From Pelomyxa schiedti (taxonomy: Eukaryota; Protista; Evosea): DNA of 37,589 bases. A program made the position numbers and the translations under genes. Under the pieces are notes generated by a model. That model searched no databases. It was given only the letters and a program-made list of their open reading frames with translations, and was not told where the DNA came from. The DNA is taken from positions 1 to 37,589 of the forward strand of contig JAHLWZ010000241.1 of NCBI GenBank assembly GCA_020536535.1, given 5' to 3'. Positions 8,763 through 20,770 of the stretch are shown one piece after another (position 1 is the first letter of the stretch; each line of letters starts with the position of its first letter).

Positions 8763-10910
8763 ATGGACTGTGTACCGTGGGATCTTTGCTTGTGGACGAT
8801 GCGGGTGTTGTGTTTGGTGCTAGGAATAGTGGAGATCTGTGCTGGCGAAAGTGCGGTGTCACAGCTGGCACTTGCTGACCATTGTGCTCCAACGGCCGTA
8901 CAGTACTGTTGTAGTGGCGACAATTGCTCCGGTGATGAGTTGGGCGAGACAACGGATATTTGCGGAGGTGTGTCACAGTCGGCCTTGGAATATGTGTCGG
9001 GAACTGTGGTCAGACTGTTGAACGAAGAAATGAGGCCTATTCCATTGCCTGATTTGGTGGATACTGCTGGTATGTGAGGCGAAATTGCCGAGGATTTTTT
9101 TCGTTGTTGTCGCTTGTTCGTTCACAAACCTGTAGAAACTCCTATTGGCTCCGTAGAGTTAGTTATCTTTAACTTGGCAAATTTGCAAACCGTGCTGTAG
9201 CTTCAATTTGAACAATATCATTGTGCACTCCATAAATCTGATTGACTTGGCACTTAAATTCTGGGCTCCCTACAATATACTGTTTGAATGGTACACTGGC
9301 ATTGTTAATATCATTCGTTGAACAAATTGCAGCACTAATTTGACAGCTACTGTCCAGTTCAATTGGACTTACAGTTACCGAAATTGGCCCCATGTGTCAG
9401 ATTCTGGTGCTGCGGTTATTCAACTATCAAATACCACAGTAAGTGACTGAGGTTCCTCATGGAGATGCATTACAATGTTAGGCAAATCTCCTGGCCCTTG
9501 TATTCACTAAAGCGGGAGTTCCAACTATTGTGGTTCATGACACACTTGTCAAACTTCAAGATATCAGTACATTTTTATCATGTGTCGTTATATTGATTGA
9601 CATCACCAAATAGATATTAAATTTTCTGGTGGGGCTAGGTTAGATTCACCCTTCAACCCTGCTTTTTTTTCTTTTCTTTTTTTTGAAACCTTGTTTTATA
9701 GCTGGTTGTACAACTTCATTGTTTCACTGGTAGATCCCTGGCTCACAAAAAATGTGGAATCCTCAATGGCTAGTGCCCTGACAAAAATTTCCAATCGGGC
9801 AGCAGCTCAACTGCTGGCGAAAATTCCTCCGTTGGTTCATATAACAGAACATGTCTTTGCTGATAGCTCAGTAGAATCTATTCATGTTTACAATACTTGT
9901 ATCATTATATCTTCTCAAGGTAAGCTCAAACCCATTGCCATATTGGCCATGGGATTTTGAAATAATGCAGGCAATTTCGGCTATGACATAGGAGCTGGCT
10001 ACATACCTGTAACATCGCCAGTTCATCATATAATAACACCGGATTTTGCTCAGGATGTGATGGTGCAAGGCTTTATTACAGAAAATGTTGCCAATAGTTT
10101 TGCACATGCTGGCTGGAAAGCAGGAGGTAGAAGTGACCTCTGGTGATCACTTACAATTTCTGTGTAGATTTCAAATTTGAGTTAAGTCAAGATACAGTGA
10201 GCATTCAATATCGCATGATGCTGAACACGTCATTTTTCAAGTTTGTTTTACCTCAGCTGTACCGAACCTTCCCCAATATGGCATTGGTAGTAGTTGCATC
10301 AGCTCTAAACGCCCCCTTTATAGCCATTCATGAAGGCAAGTTGTGGTGTAAAACCTTCTCTAAAGCCAAGTAGACGGCGCAACTGCCCAGGTGGACATTC
10401 TTCTCGATGTGTCAGCTGTAGATCCGTCACATGGGCCGCAGTTAGCATTCTCCCTTGGAGGAACTATAACGGGAGACGGGCATGTAATATCATTCTCTCG
10501 CCGACTTTCTCTCAGCTCCCCTAGGCACATGTTACTGAACACAATATTACTGCACAAGTAGGATCAGCAAAAATTACCTTGGTGTTGCGGGTATCTTCCA
10601 GTTCTCCAAGTGAAAATTAACAATATGTAGCAATCCAATATTGGAAACATTGACATGCGATTGCTGAACAATGAAGCCAATTTCATGATTCAAGCAATGA
10701 TACAAATAATTAACGAGCAGTACTTAGTTCCAACTAGCATACCAGATTTCAACGGTATGGATAGGCAACACTGGAGTGGGTTTTTTTCATAAATGTGCAC
10801 AAGGTATACGTTTTATCTCTGAACAACTACTCTGGGGAGCTGGATACATCTGGTTTGGAGCCAACCTTGACATACAACAGATTCCCAAACTCCAAAAACT
10901 ACGAACATGA
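8763..10910 (+). CDS. LBP/BPI/CETP (TULIP) family secreted lipid-binding protein, multi-exon
   Basis: Signal peptide MRVLCLVLGIVEICAG (ATG at 8799; an upstream in-frame ATG is at 8763). BPI-typical segments: SQSALEYV…IPLPDL, IKFSGGA|SWLYNFIVSLV, MVQGFITENVANSFAHAGWKAG, LNTSFFKFVLPQLYRTFPNM, INEQYLVPTSIP. Stop at 10908-10910. Confidence 0.85.
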
Positions 10911-10929
10911 ACACTTACTTCTTAAGTGC

Positions 10930-12420
10930 TTATCGCACCTCGAAGTCTCAGGTTTCCCCACAGACCATAAATTTTCTTCCACAACAAAAAGTACTATCCT
11001 CGAAGTAGAAGTCGTGCTCACGTCTTTCCGAATGTACAGCAGTGAAGGTGGTTGCAGGGATTGTAGTGGCAACCATGGCAAAGGTGATGGCATGAGTGGG
11101 GGGAAATCAGCCACAACACTGGCCACAGCCTTGTCAGCGATGGTACCAGTTGAGGTAAACTTTGCTTTTCGCTTATGTTCATGTATCAAGCAACAACACT
11201 CTGCAAGATCCAACCCCTCCGCAATGAGAAAGATGATGAAGAACCTAAAAACAAAGTAGGAAATAAAAAAAAAAAAAAAAATAAGTGGCGGCCCATTTAC
11301 CTCGGGGGTTGGATTCTGTGGTTAGACGAGGCTTCTGCCAAACTGGGAGTGGAGCCATCTCCCAGTTTCATCCCATAACAACAATCAACACCACATGGTA
11401 CAGATGCAAACAAAATGCAGAGATAGAAAGCATTCCAAGATGACTTTGTAATGACGGTCCTTGTGGAGTTTTACCGTTAGGGTGTTTACTGATTTAGCAA
11501 GGTCTTTTATCAGCAAGGGGTGTCAATTTCACAAGTTCCTGAAACTTCTCAGCTGGATTGCTGCAGGTTGAGCAGAATACCTTTAGAAGAAGAAAGCATC
11601 ATCTCTTGCAGGAACGGTGAAAAATGAAGATGTCCGAAAAAACTTCATTCTGAAGTTTGTTGAATGGGCATAATTAGCAAGGAGGCTAGAATGTTATGCT
11701 TGGTCAGTGAAAAAAGAAAAGGGAGGAAAAGTAACGTCTTCCATCACACGACAACTGGAGCAGTTGTTCGTCTCAGTGGGAGTACAATCGAATTGACTCT
11801 CAGCCTGACTCCCAAACTCACAGCACAGTGATGGGCTTCCACTGCCCTCAGATTATCCTCAGAGACCAGGTTCTGGGACCAGACTCAGCCGAGGAATCTG
11901 ATCAATCAAGGTAGTTTAGTTTCGCGGCTGTTTGTGTGTATTGACTACGCCACGCGCCGCGGACCTTGAACGTGCCCAGCTTAGTGTTTGTGCTTGCAAT
12001 TGGAAACCGCTCCCACAATGGTGGGACTGCTCCTTGTCCTTTTGTCCCTGTGCACTGCTGTTCGCACCCACACTCGGCAAGCACGCTATGGACGATCCAC
12101 CGCGCTACACCCCAATGGTGGGGCGCTGTGGCTTCGTCGGAATTGTGGGACTGACACTGGGTATTCCCAAATCATCGATCCATGTTGTCTTCCATAAGTT
12201 GGACGTTGGTCATCATCCGAACCCACAAAGGCCTTTGTCTCCCATCATTAAGGTTATTTCCCTCTCCGCTTGTGATATATGTTGTTGATAGCCCTGCGAA
12301 CAACAATCGAATAACTGTAGTTTCCATTTCTCAGAAAAACCCCTTCATCAAAACACCTGAAAGGAGGGTTGGCACCATAGGGATACTCAAGTGTCTTAAG
12401 ACCCAACAACGCAAAGGGCA
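10930..12420 (-). pseudogene. Decayed unidentified gene remnant (copy 2)
   Basis: Counterpart of 374-1660 with broken frames and an intron-like gtaaat…ttttag segment at ~11244-11300. Confidence 0.25.
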
Positions 12421-12473
12421 AACAAACATAACCAGGTCTACAAACTGATTTATTGTCTTTTGAACAGAGTGGT

Positions 12474-14882
12474 TTATGGGTATTGGAATATTTGGGAGGA
12501 CCAGGGTGATACAACCACAATGAGGCCTGTTGATCTGAGATCCTCTGCACTTCGTTGGTACTGGGTTCCCGTAAAAAGTTCCGTGATGGTGACAGTCCCA
12601 CTTCCTGATACATCACTCAGAACAATGTAGCCGCTAATTGAATTCGGGTTAGCATTGCATTATGAGGAGCAAAGGTTGAAAGAAAGCGCGGAAAAGTACC
12701 TTCCGGAAGTGTCTGAGAAGTTGACAACAACTAGCCGCTTGGATGATCCATTGTAGTTCCATTTCCAGGCCATCAAACGCCAGCAATCAGTGGTTCCAGT
12801 GACTGAGAGGTATGTCCAAGTTCCGCTTGTGAAGGCAGAATCTTTAACTATCGCATTGAACTTGGTGTAGAAGTCACTTGTGTAGGTCCATGGTGTTTCA
12901 GGCTGTGCTCTTCGGAAGTGAACGTCAAGTTTGTTTTCATATCCCTCCCTTTTTTTTGTTACAGAGGTTGCTGTGATACTTTCGAAAAGGGTAAAGCAAA
13001 CCATTGATCCTGGAAGAAGAATCTCATTCCCGGAAGAGTCATTGATACCACAGCTGCCATGTGAGCGCGGGAGCGGCCTAGAGTTAAATGAAAGTCTGAA
13101 GGTAGCGTTATTCCAAACACAAGTACCTGGACAGTTAGTAGCGGAACAGCAAGAAGCTGAATTTGCAGCATCATTGCAGGTATTACAGTCACAGCAAGAG
13201 GAATATCCATCTGCAGGGCAGATACTGCCACAACAATCAGGGTACCTTTTGGGATAGGTTAGGCCTTTGGCAAAACATAAGTTAAAGAGACTCACCCTCC
13301 ACACATTACTTGGTCACAATTGTATGAGAATACATTTGCTGAGCGGTCTTCATCCTAAGGATTGCATTCAGAGAAAAAAGCATAAGGCTTTCCGTACATG
13401 ATTCTCAACAAAGTGAGCACTGTGTTTCCAAAAAGTTTGTGTTTCAGCATAAGTAATCCTACAAAAATCAGGAAGAAACCATATGGAAACAGCTTTACCA
13501 GTTCCTTATTTCATCAAGGTCACATTGCTAGGAGAAATAAGAAAATAAAAAGAAGAAATTATGTGCTACTTTCAGACGGTCTAAAATAGTTTTTTCATAA
13601 ACAAAATCGAAGCCTTGGTTAATCAAAATGTTCAATTGATCGTTGAAGTCATATGTCTGAGGAGTTTAGAAAATTTGGAGTGACAGAACATGAATACCTC
13701 AGCAAGGAAAATGAAATTTGGGTATTTTGCTTTAACTTGTGGTATAGCCCAAGCCCAAAACTCAGAACTGGGCCACGTGTACCCCCAGCTATTGAGGATT
13801 GTACCCCATTGCTGCGTAAATTAGTTTTCGCTTTGATGAAGAGAACTCATAACTGTATTGATATTGGAATTTAAAATACAATGTGCCATATCACATCGAA
13901 CAGCATCTAGTTAGGGTGAGTACGGCATTTACTGGGAAGAAATTTGGAACCAGCAAGTGAAGCAATGGTCATAATCTGCTGAAGCATGTTGTCTCTGGCA
14001 CCACTGTCCCAGTAGTTAAGTTGTGCAGTATCACTAATTATTCATGAAAATGAAAAAGAATATGTAAAAGAGAGATACGTCCAAGGTGTACAATAAATGC
14101 AGGATCCATAGGCTACACCATTAGACATGTAGGTGTAGTCGTCATAGGGGGGCGACCCAGGGGACCGAACATAGTATGTGATATTATTTGTAATCCAAGG
14201 ACTGTCAATGGCTATTTAAGGCTCAATGAAGAGGTATGCAAGTTCAGAATGTAGCATACAAGAATGATTTGGCACAAAGTCCAGCATTAACTTCATACCA
14301 ATGGAATTCAGGGTAGCTCTGAGAGCTGACACGTCATCTGCACTACCCAGCTGACTGTTGGGGATGTATTGGTGTACAGCATAGGGCGAGCCTGTAACAT
14401 TGCTGTCAAACAGACCCAAAAAAAAAACCTATCCGTACCAATGATATCATCCTCCGGTACACAGTCGTCCATAAGGCATTTGCAGGTGGAAATGATATCA
14501 GAGTTGGACTTGTCATTATTCACACCAAGCTCCCATATCTAATCATAGACAATCAACACTACATTTCACAGCAAAAAAAAAAGAAAAAACTTACCCCCAT
14601 CATCCAAACATAGTTGATGCCCTAGTTATTATTTTGTTTGTCAGTCAAGGTGGCGGAACAACACCAACAACAAAAAAACACCTGATCGGCAAGAGCCTGG
14701 AACTCAGCCACAGGAATCTGACTGAGGGTGGATATGTTCTTGCCATACTTCAGAGATAAACTGTACAGCCACGGCCTGGTGCTTATCTCGTACATGAGCG
14801 GCATTGCCGGGGTTGTAACAGTGGCCCCAATGCACGCCGTGGCCAGAAATGCCAAAACCAAAACACCAACACCTCTGCCCAT
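12474..14882 (-). CDS. Secreted GH13 alpha-amylase-family glycosidase, multi-exon
   Basis: Signal peptide MGRGVGVLVLAFLATACIG, then MYEISTRPWL, GSPYAVHQY, region I LMLDFVPNHS, region II AVRCDMAH (nucleophile Asp), region III FLAEVF (Glu), region IV FVENH|DEDR (Asp). Ends …VSPWSSQIFQYP*, with AATAAA just downstream. Confidence 0.92.
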
Positions 14883-15207
14883 GGCAATTTCACTCGAAAT
14901 TTTGTTGTTTGTGCTGGTTTGGCGTTTTTTTTTTTTTTACGATGGGATGCGGGTTTTCGGTTTTTTTCCGGTCCTTTCTCAGAGCCTCTCTTCGAAGACT
15001 GAGACCCCAAAAGTGATGATTTTTCCGAAACATCACAAATCGGTACGGGATTGAGGCAGAGAAGCCTCCCTCAGGGTCAAAACTCAAAAAAATAAACAAA
15101 AAAACTGGCACAAGGTGCTTGTGTTAGGAGATTGTACAACTTAATACAAAAATTGGGGTTACTTAGTGGGCTGCCTGACAAAACTTGAAGGGAGAAAGGG
15201 GGTGCCA

Positions 15208-16024
15208 CTACAACAATATACAACAGGGGCAAGTGCTGCGTCCCTTTCTATGTGAATTTGTGGGGATGTTGTTTATAAGTCCCTGCTCTGCCTCCATTGG
15301 ATCGGCAGAACCTCCTGTGAGGATGCTACCCCCAGCATCTGATTCCTCTTCTATTCGTATTTTGGTGTCACTGGTAGTATACTTTAGAATTAATACCTTG
15401 CGCTAACAACGCAGACCGTTTTTGAGCTGCATCAAGAGTTTTTTCTGGAGCCATGTTAAAGAATGGAGAATTCCCGGGGAGTTGAAGCTTACCAAGGTGT
15501 GAAATATACACATCAGAAGGCTCCAGCACATTAGGATTAAAAAGTGGCACTGAAGGCAACGTGAACAATTCCTCAGAGGTGCTCGTTCCAGCCTTTGCGA
15601 TTACTTCCGGAGATGAAAAAACATCTGAAGACGGAAACAGCACATCTTTTTCCCCTTGCTTCTGGTCGACTCCCCCAATTGCTTTCTGGCTCCCCGGTCC
15701 AGGTCCAATGGCAAGACCCATACTCAGATTGTGCATCTCAGTCTCCGTCCCAGTCCCACCTTTCGGGGCAGAATGGCCACTCGAACTCATGACGCCAAAG
15801 TGACTGTGCTGTAGATCCACGGGGTCACTCACAAGGAGGGGGTCATTCAGCGATGAAGAATCGGGCGAAGGAGGAGCAGAAGGGGGCGAGGGAGGCAGCA
15901 AGCACATGGACGACGACGACAAGTTCGAGAAAAATATCTCGTTCCTGTCTGATTGTGGGTCGTCGGCATTGCCGTTGTTGTTGTTTGTGGGCGCAAACTC
16001 AACGTCGCTCGTGTGAGCTGCCAT
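15208..16024 (-). CDS. Low-complexity/disordered protein with a C-terminal CaaX box (…RKGRSTCPCCILL*)
   Basis: ORF from 16024 plus one inferred 46-nt phase-2 intron (gtctgc…taccag) gives an in-frame last exon ending in TAG at 15208-15210. Confidence 0.7.
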
Positions 16025-16225
16025 TGACTTTTTGACTTTCGTGGAACTCCGTTCTTTTTAGAAACACCGGGGTTGTTCTAAAACTAACTGGGGTTTTACA
16101 GGAGAGAAAGAAACTAAAATACAAAATTGTTTTTCTGTTGCTGTCAGCAGGAAGTATATAACATGTGTAACACAGCCAACTTATAGGTGCAGTGTGGCCG
16201 CTGGTTAGGCACTGCGCAGTGGTAT

Positions 16226-17695
16226 TCAACAACACCCCTTTTTTTTCGTTTCTACAAGACCAGGTTTTACCTTGATCAACTCCTCCTTGGGTGCGACCTT
16301 GAATCTAGAAGAAGAGTGAGTGGGAATGGTGAAGACCCGGGAGCGAAACCGGATTGCAACTGCTTTGGCCATAGTGGAGATGGCCTCCTCGATCCTATCA
16401 CCAGATTTTACACTCATCTCTCTAACATGTTCATGAGAGGGAAACATTCAAAATAAGGTGAAACACACAAGTAAGGGATCTGAAGCTCATCTGATATCTC
16501 CTGCAGCGAGATGAGAAGGGTATTGAAAAGAAATAAGTGAAGAACATTCGCCATTTCCGCTGAGACAGCCCGTTCAGCCAGATCCGTTTTATTTCCCAGC
16601 AGGAGCTTTTAAATAAAAATTTGTTAAAATTGTGGGTGGTAAAGTAGGATTTATATGTTTGAGTAAGCTGTACCTTGCAGCAATTGTCATCGGCATAATT
16701 CTCCAAATCAGAAGTCCAGTTTCTTACGTTTTCAAAAGTTTTTGGTTCCGATACATCAAATAAGATGAAGACGCCTTGGATGCCACGAAAATCTTACATG
16801 AAGGAAGAGTAAGGATATATTTATTTATACTGGCGTGACATACAGCTCCCTGTTAAGGTTCGATACCTTTCTTGTCCTAACAAAGTTAACCTCTACAAGT
16901 ATACAAAAAGAAAGAAACCTGCTGTGTCCCTCTTTTTTTAAAAAAAAGAAGAGTAAATTAAATGGTCACTTAATGGGTACAAACCAGTTTAAGTTTCACA
17001 GCTTCCCCGTCTACATCCACATTATGCAACAACTGCAACAGGGTCAAAAAAAAGGGCGAAAGTCAACTTTGAGACGCACAAATTCCGGAGCTGGGTTTGC
17101 CACTTCAACACCAAATTTGCCTGTCTTGGGCTCCGTTTAGGTTGGGTGAAATGGAATGGAAATAACAAAGGGGGAAAAAAAAAAACCAGTACCACAAGTC
17201 TGTTCAAAAATGATGTCTTTCCAACATTAGGATCGCCCAAAACCACAATATTATGGAGGTCGTCACTTTTCAAGTCAGCATACGATAAAGAGGAAAAAAC
17301 CTGCACAGTATGTGCAGGTCACGTGTTGTGGCGCATACGTGGCCATTGTGAACGGAAAGCAGGGAGGACAGGCAAGTGGTGCACCAGAGATCTTGGTTTT
17401 ATTTTTTTTTAGTTTTGATTTTTGGATTCACGTACTTTTTTCGTGTTCCTGAAGTGTCAGGAGTGCCATAATTTTGCTCAATCAAGGTTTCAATCTTCAG
17501 TTGATTAGAACCAACCTGATAGATCGGGTGGAAGCTTGACATCTGTAAAATACAAACTTACTTTCCCCCCATGTCTGGTGCGCTGCAGTCCATTCGCGAA
17601 CTCGCACTCAGCCCTCTGAACTGTCTGGATCTCTGCTGCAGGTAGTCTTCCAGTAAACTTCCTTCCACGAATACCACAAGATTCGGCCCTCCCAT
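16226..17695 (-). CDS. Rab-family small GTPase with C-terminal CC and a probable N-terminal extension
   Basis: IVVLGDPNVGKTS (G1), DTAG|QERYRTLT (G3/switch II), FRGIQGVFILFDV, LLGNKTDL (G4), EMSVK (G5), tail KKKGCC*. The 5' exons and the ATG at 17695 are tentative. Confidence 0.85.
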
Positions 17696-17773
17696 CACCT
17701 CAATTTCAACCGCCAATAAAGACTTTTCGTTGCCCTGCAACTTTTTACCACAAGCAAACCAAACGAAACGACA

Positions 17774-19781
17774 ATGTGGGACCCATACGAGAACGCCGCC
17801 CGCACCCCACCCCCGATAAATCCACCGCTCCCAGCAGATCTAGAAACCATCGATCCTCCGTCCCACAGCCAGTCCCCGGAGGCCTCCCTCGACATTGATC
17901 CCATAACACCCACAACTGCGTACCCCCACGGCACCACTCCCACTCGCAGAAGCCGCAAATCTGCTTCCCATGACGAAAGCGGCGGCGACGCGCATAAAGA
18001 AGTTGCTTCGAGTGACAGTGACACGGAAACTACTACTGCTACCACCACCATGAGCACGGATTTAACCGAACACAACCGCCGTCGTGTGCGTCGGATTATC
18101 CGCCGCTTGCAGATACAAAAACAAAAACAGGGGCAAATACGTCATCCAAGTTCGAGTGCAACTGCGAATGTGCCTTGCAATACCGTTATTACTACACCTC
18201 CCACTACTCGCTCCATTTCTGAGCATAATTACGACGGCGCACCTCCGAGTTATTATTCCATTGGTAACAGTGGGAATTCCAACAGTCCTCAGTATTTAAT
18301 GGCTGTTGTACCTCAGGTGCTTTCATCATCCTCTGGTGCACTGCTATCTCCTCCATCTTTATCCTCTGCAATTTCATCGGGTTCAATTTCTCCTGGTTAT
18401 GCAAACACAGCATTCCCAGTCACGCACTCAATGTCGCCTTTTCTGGATCACATTACACCCTCTCCTCAGATAAACCTTTCTTCTTACGGCACTGGTATGA
18501 GTGCCAGCCCTCACCCTAGAATTCTATCCCCTTCACCGTCACCACGCACATCCCCAGTGTTGTCCCCACTGCCAGTGTCAACTGTTCCCACCGTTACTAG
18601 CAGTGGTGGCTTCCTCTTCCCGACTGCGGGGGTATCCCCTTTTACATCCCCCGTAGTGTCACCCATGCCATCGCCAACCTTGCCTCCCCCTATACAAGCC
18701 CCTTGGGCGCCAATACCAGGGGTGTTTCCTGGGTACCACGTATGTGAATCACCTGAAGTCACACCGGTTCGGTCACCATCTCCACCAATGTCACGCGATA
18801 TGTCAGTACGGTATGTGAATTCCATTATCTTTATCTACTGATCTTTATAGTGTAAATAAAGTTAATCACGGGCTGGCGACTTTTCCAGAGTCTTCCATCC
18901 CAAGACTTTGCACGCATCTTTTATGTATGATTTTTTCCCCCTGCCTTGGCTGACTTGGTGCACAGTGGCATGGAACGCAATTTGTGTAATTCCGCCAACT
19001 ATAAGCCTACTAACGAACTTACAAGAACTAAACTGTATATCCCCATCTCCCTCTTCCTTAACCTCACGGCATCCCCTTTTTTAGTGCATGGAAACAATAT
19101 TCGCGTTATTCCAAGGGAAATCAAGTATCTCGTTTCCCTAAAAAATTTATCTGGTTCAATCCATTTTCTTCGTTTTTTTTTCTTGTATTTTTACATTTGC
19201 AGTATGTAGAAATAAACTAAGAGAACTGCCTGTGGAACTTTTCTCTCTTGTTAATTTAACCAACTTGAACGGTATGGCAAATTTTTGCTACATTGGGTCC
19301 TCAAAAACCTTTAGTTAGTTTTAACCACTTGCGTCATGTCCCACAAGATTTCCGGAATTTAACCAATTTACGATCATTAGAACGTAGCTATGCTTTTTCA
19401 TAATTTCATTCTTATTCCTCTTTTCAGTACACAACAACGGCAAATTTACACTTCCTGTTATTGCACTTGGATCTTTATCCAGAATAAAGGAGCTTGTGGG
19501 TATATTATTCTCTCCCACACTCACCAACAACCTAATGGTTTCTGCAAGTACCACGCTCGTTAATTCCTGAAGAGTTTGCTACTTTTAGGAGTTACTATGA
19601 ACACGTTGTAAAAACGCAAGTCTTTGTCCTACTTGTACTCCTCTTTTCCACAATCCACTTTCTCACCTGAAAATAGCTTGTGGGTTGGCACAAGAGAGAG
19701 TTCTTAAGCGGGGTACCCTTAGATATTGTGCACTTCATCCTTGAATTTGTCTTAGGGCACTGTTTCCCGACTCTCCACTGA
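17774..19781 (+). CDS. Leucine-rich repeat protein with a long Ser/Pro-rich N-terminus
   Basis: Large first exon, then repeats NAICVIPPTISLLTNLQELN, NNIRVIPREIKYLVSLKNLS, NKLRELPVELFSLVNLTNLN, NHLRHVPQDFRNLTNLRSLE. Probable end …RVPLDIVHFILEFVLGHCFPTLH*. Confidence 0.85.
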
Positions 19782-19854
19782 CTACCATAAAGAAAATCAC
19801 CTTATGTACAAAACACTTTTTCATCACTTTTTGGCACTGAAACAAGAGAAAATA

Positions 19855-20721
19855 TTATGAGTTATTTTTAACAATGTGTATCTGATGACATAAGTCTGTG
19901 AACGCTTCTGTGATGCTTTCCCCAGTTAGTGCACTGCACCTTTTGAATAAGGGATTTCCGACGCTTGTCAGGAATGCTTGCACTTCATCTTCACTTATGG
20001 CATCCCTGTTCAAGTCGCTTTTGTTTCCCAGAATCATAATAACGGTCGCAGGTGGTGCGTGCGCTTTCAGCTCCTTGTACCAGTATGTCAGTTTGGTAAA
20101 AGAATCCTAATAGTTGTTCGAGGGTGAATGATATATAAAAATAGACAATCGAACCTTGTCTGTTGTATCATAGACTAGGTTTTGCCCAGTGATAATAATA
20201 GTGCAAGATGAATGTGGATCTTAAAATTGGGGGTTGTATGTACCTAACAAGGCACCCTGAGCGTCTATGCAAGGTAAGTGGGAGAAACCAAACTAGAGTA
20301 AAATCATTGACCTCTGTAGTACTGTATCGCTATTGCCCTGAATTTCTCTATGTTATAGTAAGGGAATTATTGGCCCAAAAGGAACACACCTTGGCCAGCA
20401 GTGTCATAAGATGAGAAAAAGCAAAAAATCAGGACATACAAGCAAGTTTTGATCTTTACCGTCAACATTGAATTTCACCATGTCCATGTCTACCCTTCAC
20501 GAAAAGTAAAATTTATTTCACTTATTATAATAGGAAAAAATGAAAGCACACCCAGTCGAGGACACAATGTCTGGATTATAGGTGTTTTTTTGTAAACCTC
20601 GAAAATATTGAGCTCTTGCCACCCCCGCTTTCACCCACAAGCACAAGCTTCCACCTCGAATCGGTCCTTTTTGCTGGGGAAGAAAAGGCTTTTTTCGTTC
20701 ATGAGACCCACAGGAGCCCAT
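19855..20721 (-). CDS. Rab-like small GTPase without a C-terminal prenylation motif; apparent 1-nt frameshift in an A7 run
   Basis: KLVLVGESGGGKSS, YDTAGQ|EKFRAIAIQYYR, LVYDTTDK|DSF, MILGNKSDL, CSALTG; ends HQIHIVKNNS*. The G1 frame and the KNTYNPDIVSSTG frame differ by one base at 20585-20591. Confidence 0.8.
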
Positions 20722-20770
20722 TGTTTTGGTATGCAGTGTTAAATTCTCGCACGCAAGGACAACAAAGAAA
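20722..20770. promoter_or_regulatory. Putative 49-bp bidirectional promoter/5'UTR region between Rab and VPS9 gene
   Basis: Divergent ATGs at 20721 (-) and 20771 (+), both with A-rich upstream context. Confidence 0.55.

Noticed and set aside
20700-20721. MGSCGS dual-acylation motif on the second Rab
   Set aside because: That frame does not lead into the G1 motif. The frame-restoring intron (gtgggt…cccag) removes the Cys, giving MGSSKR.
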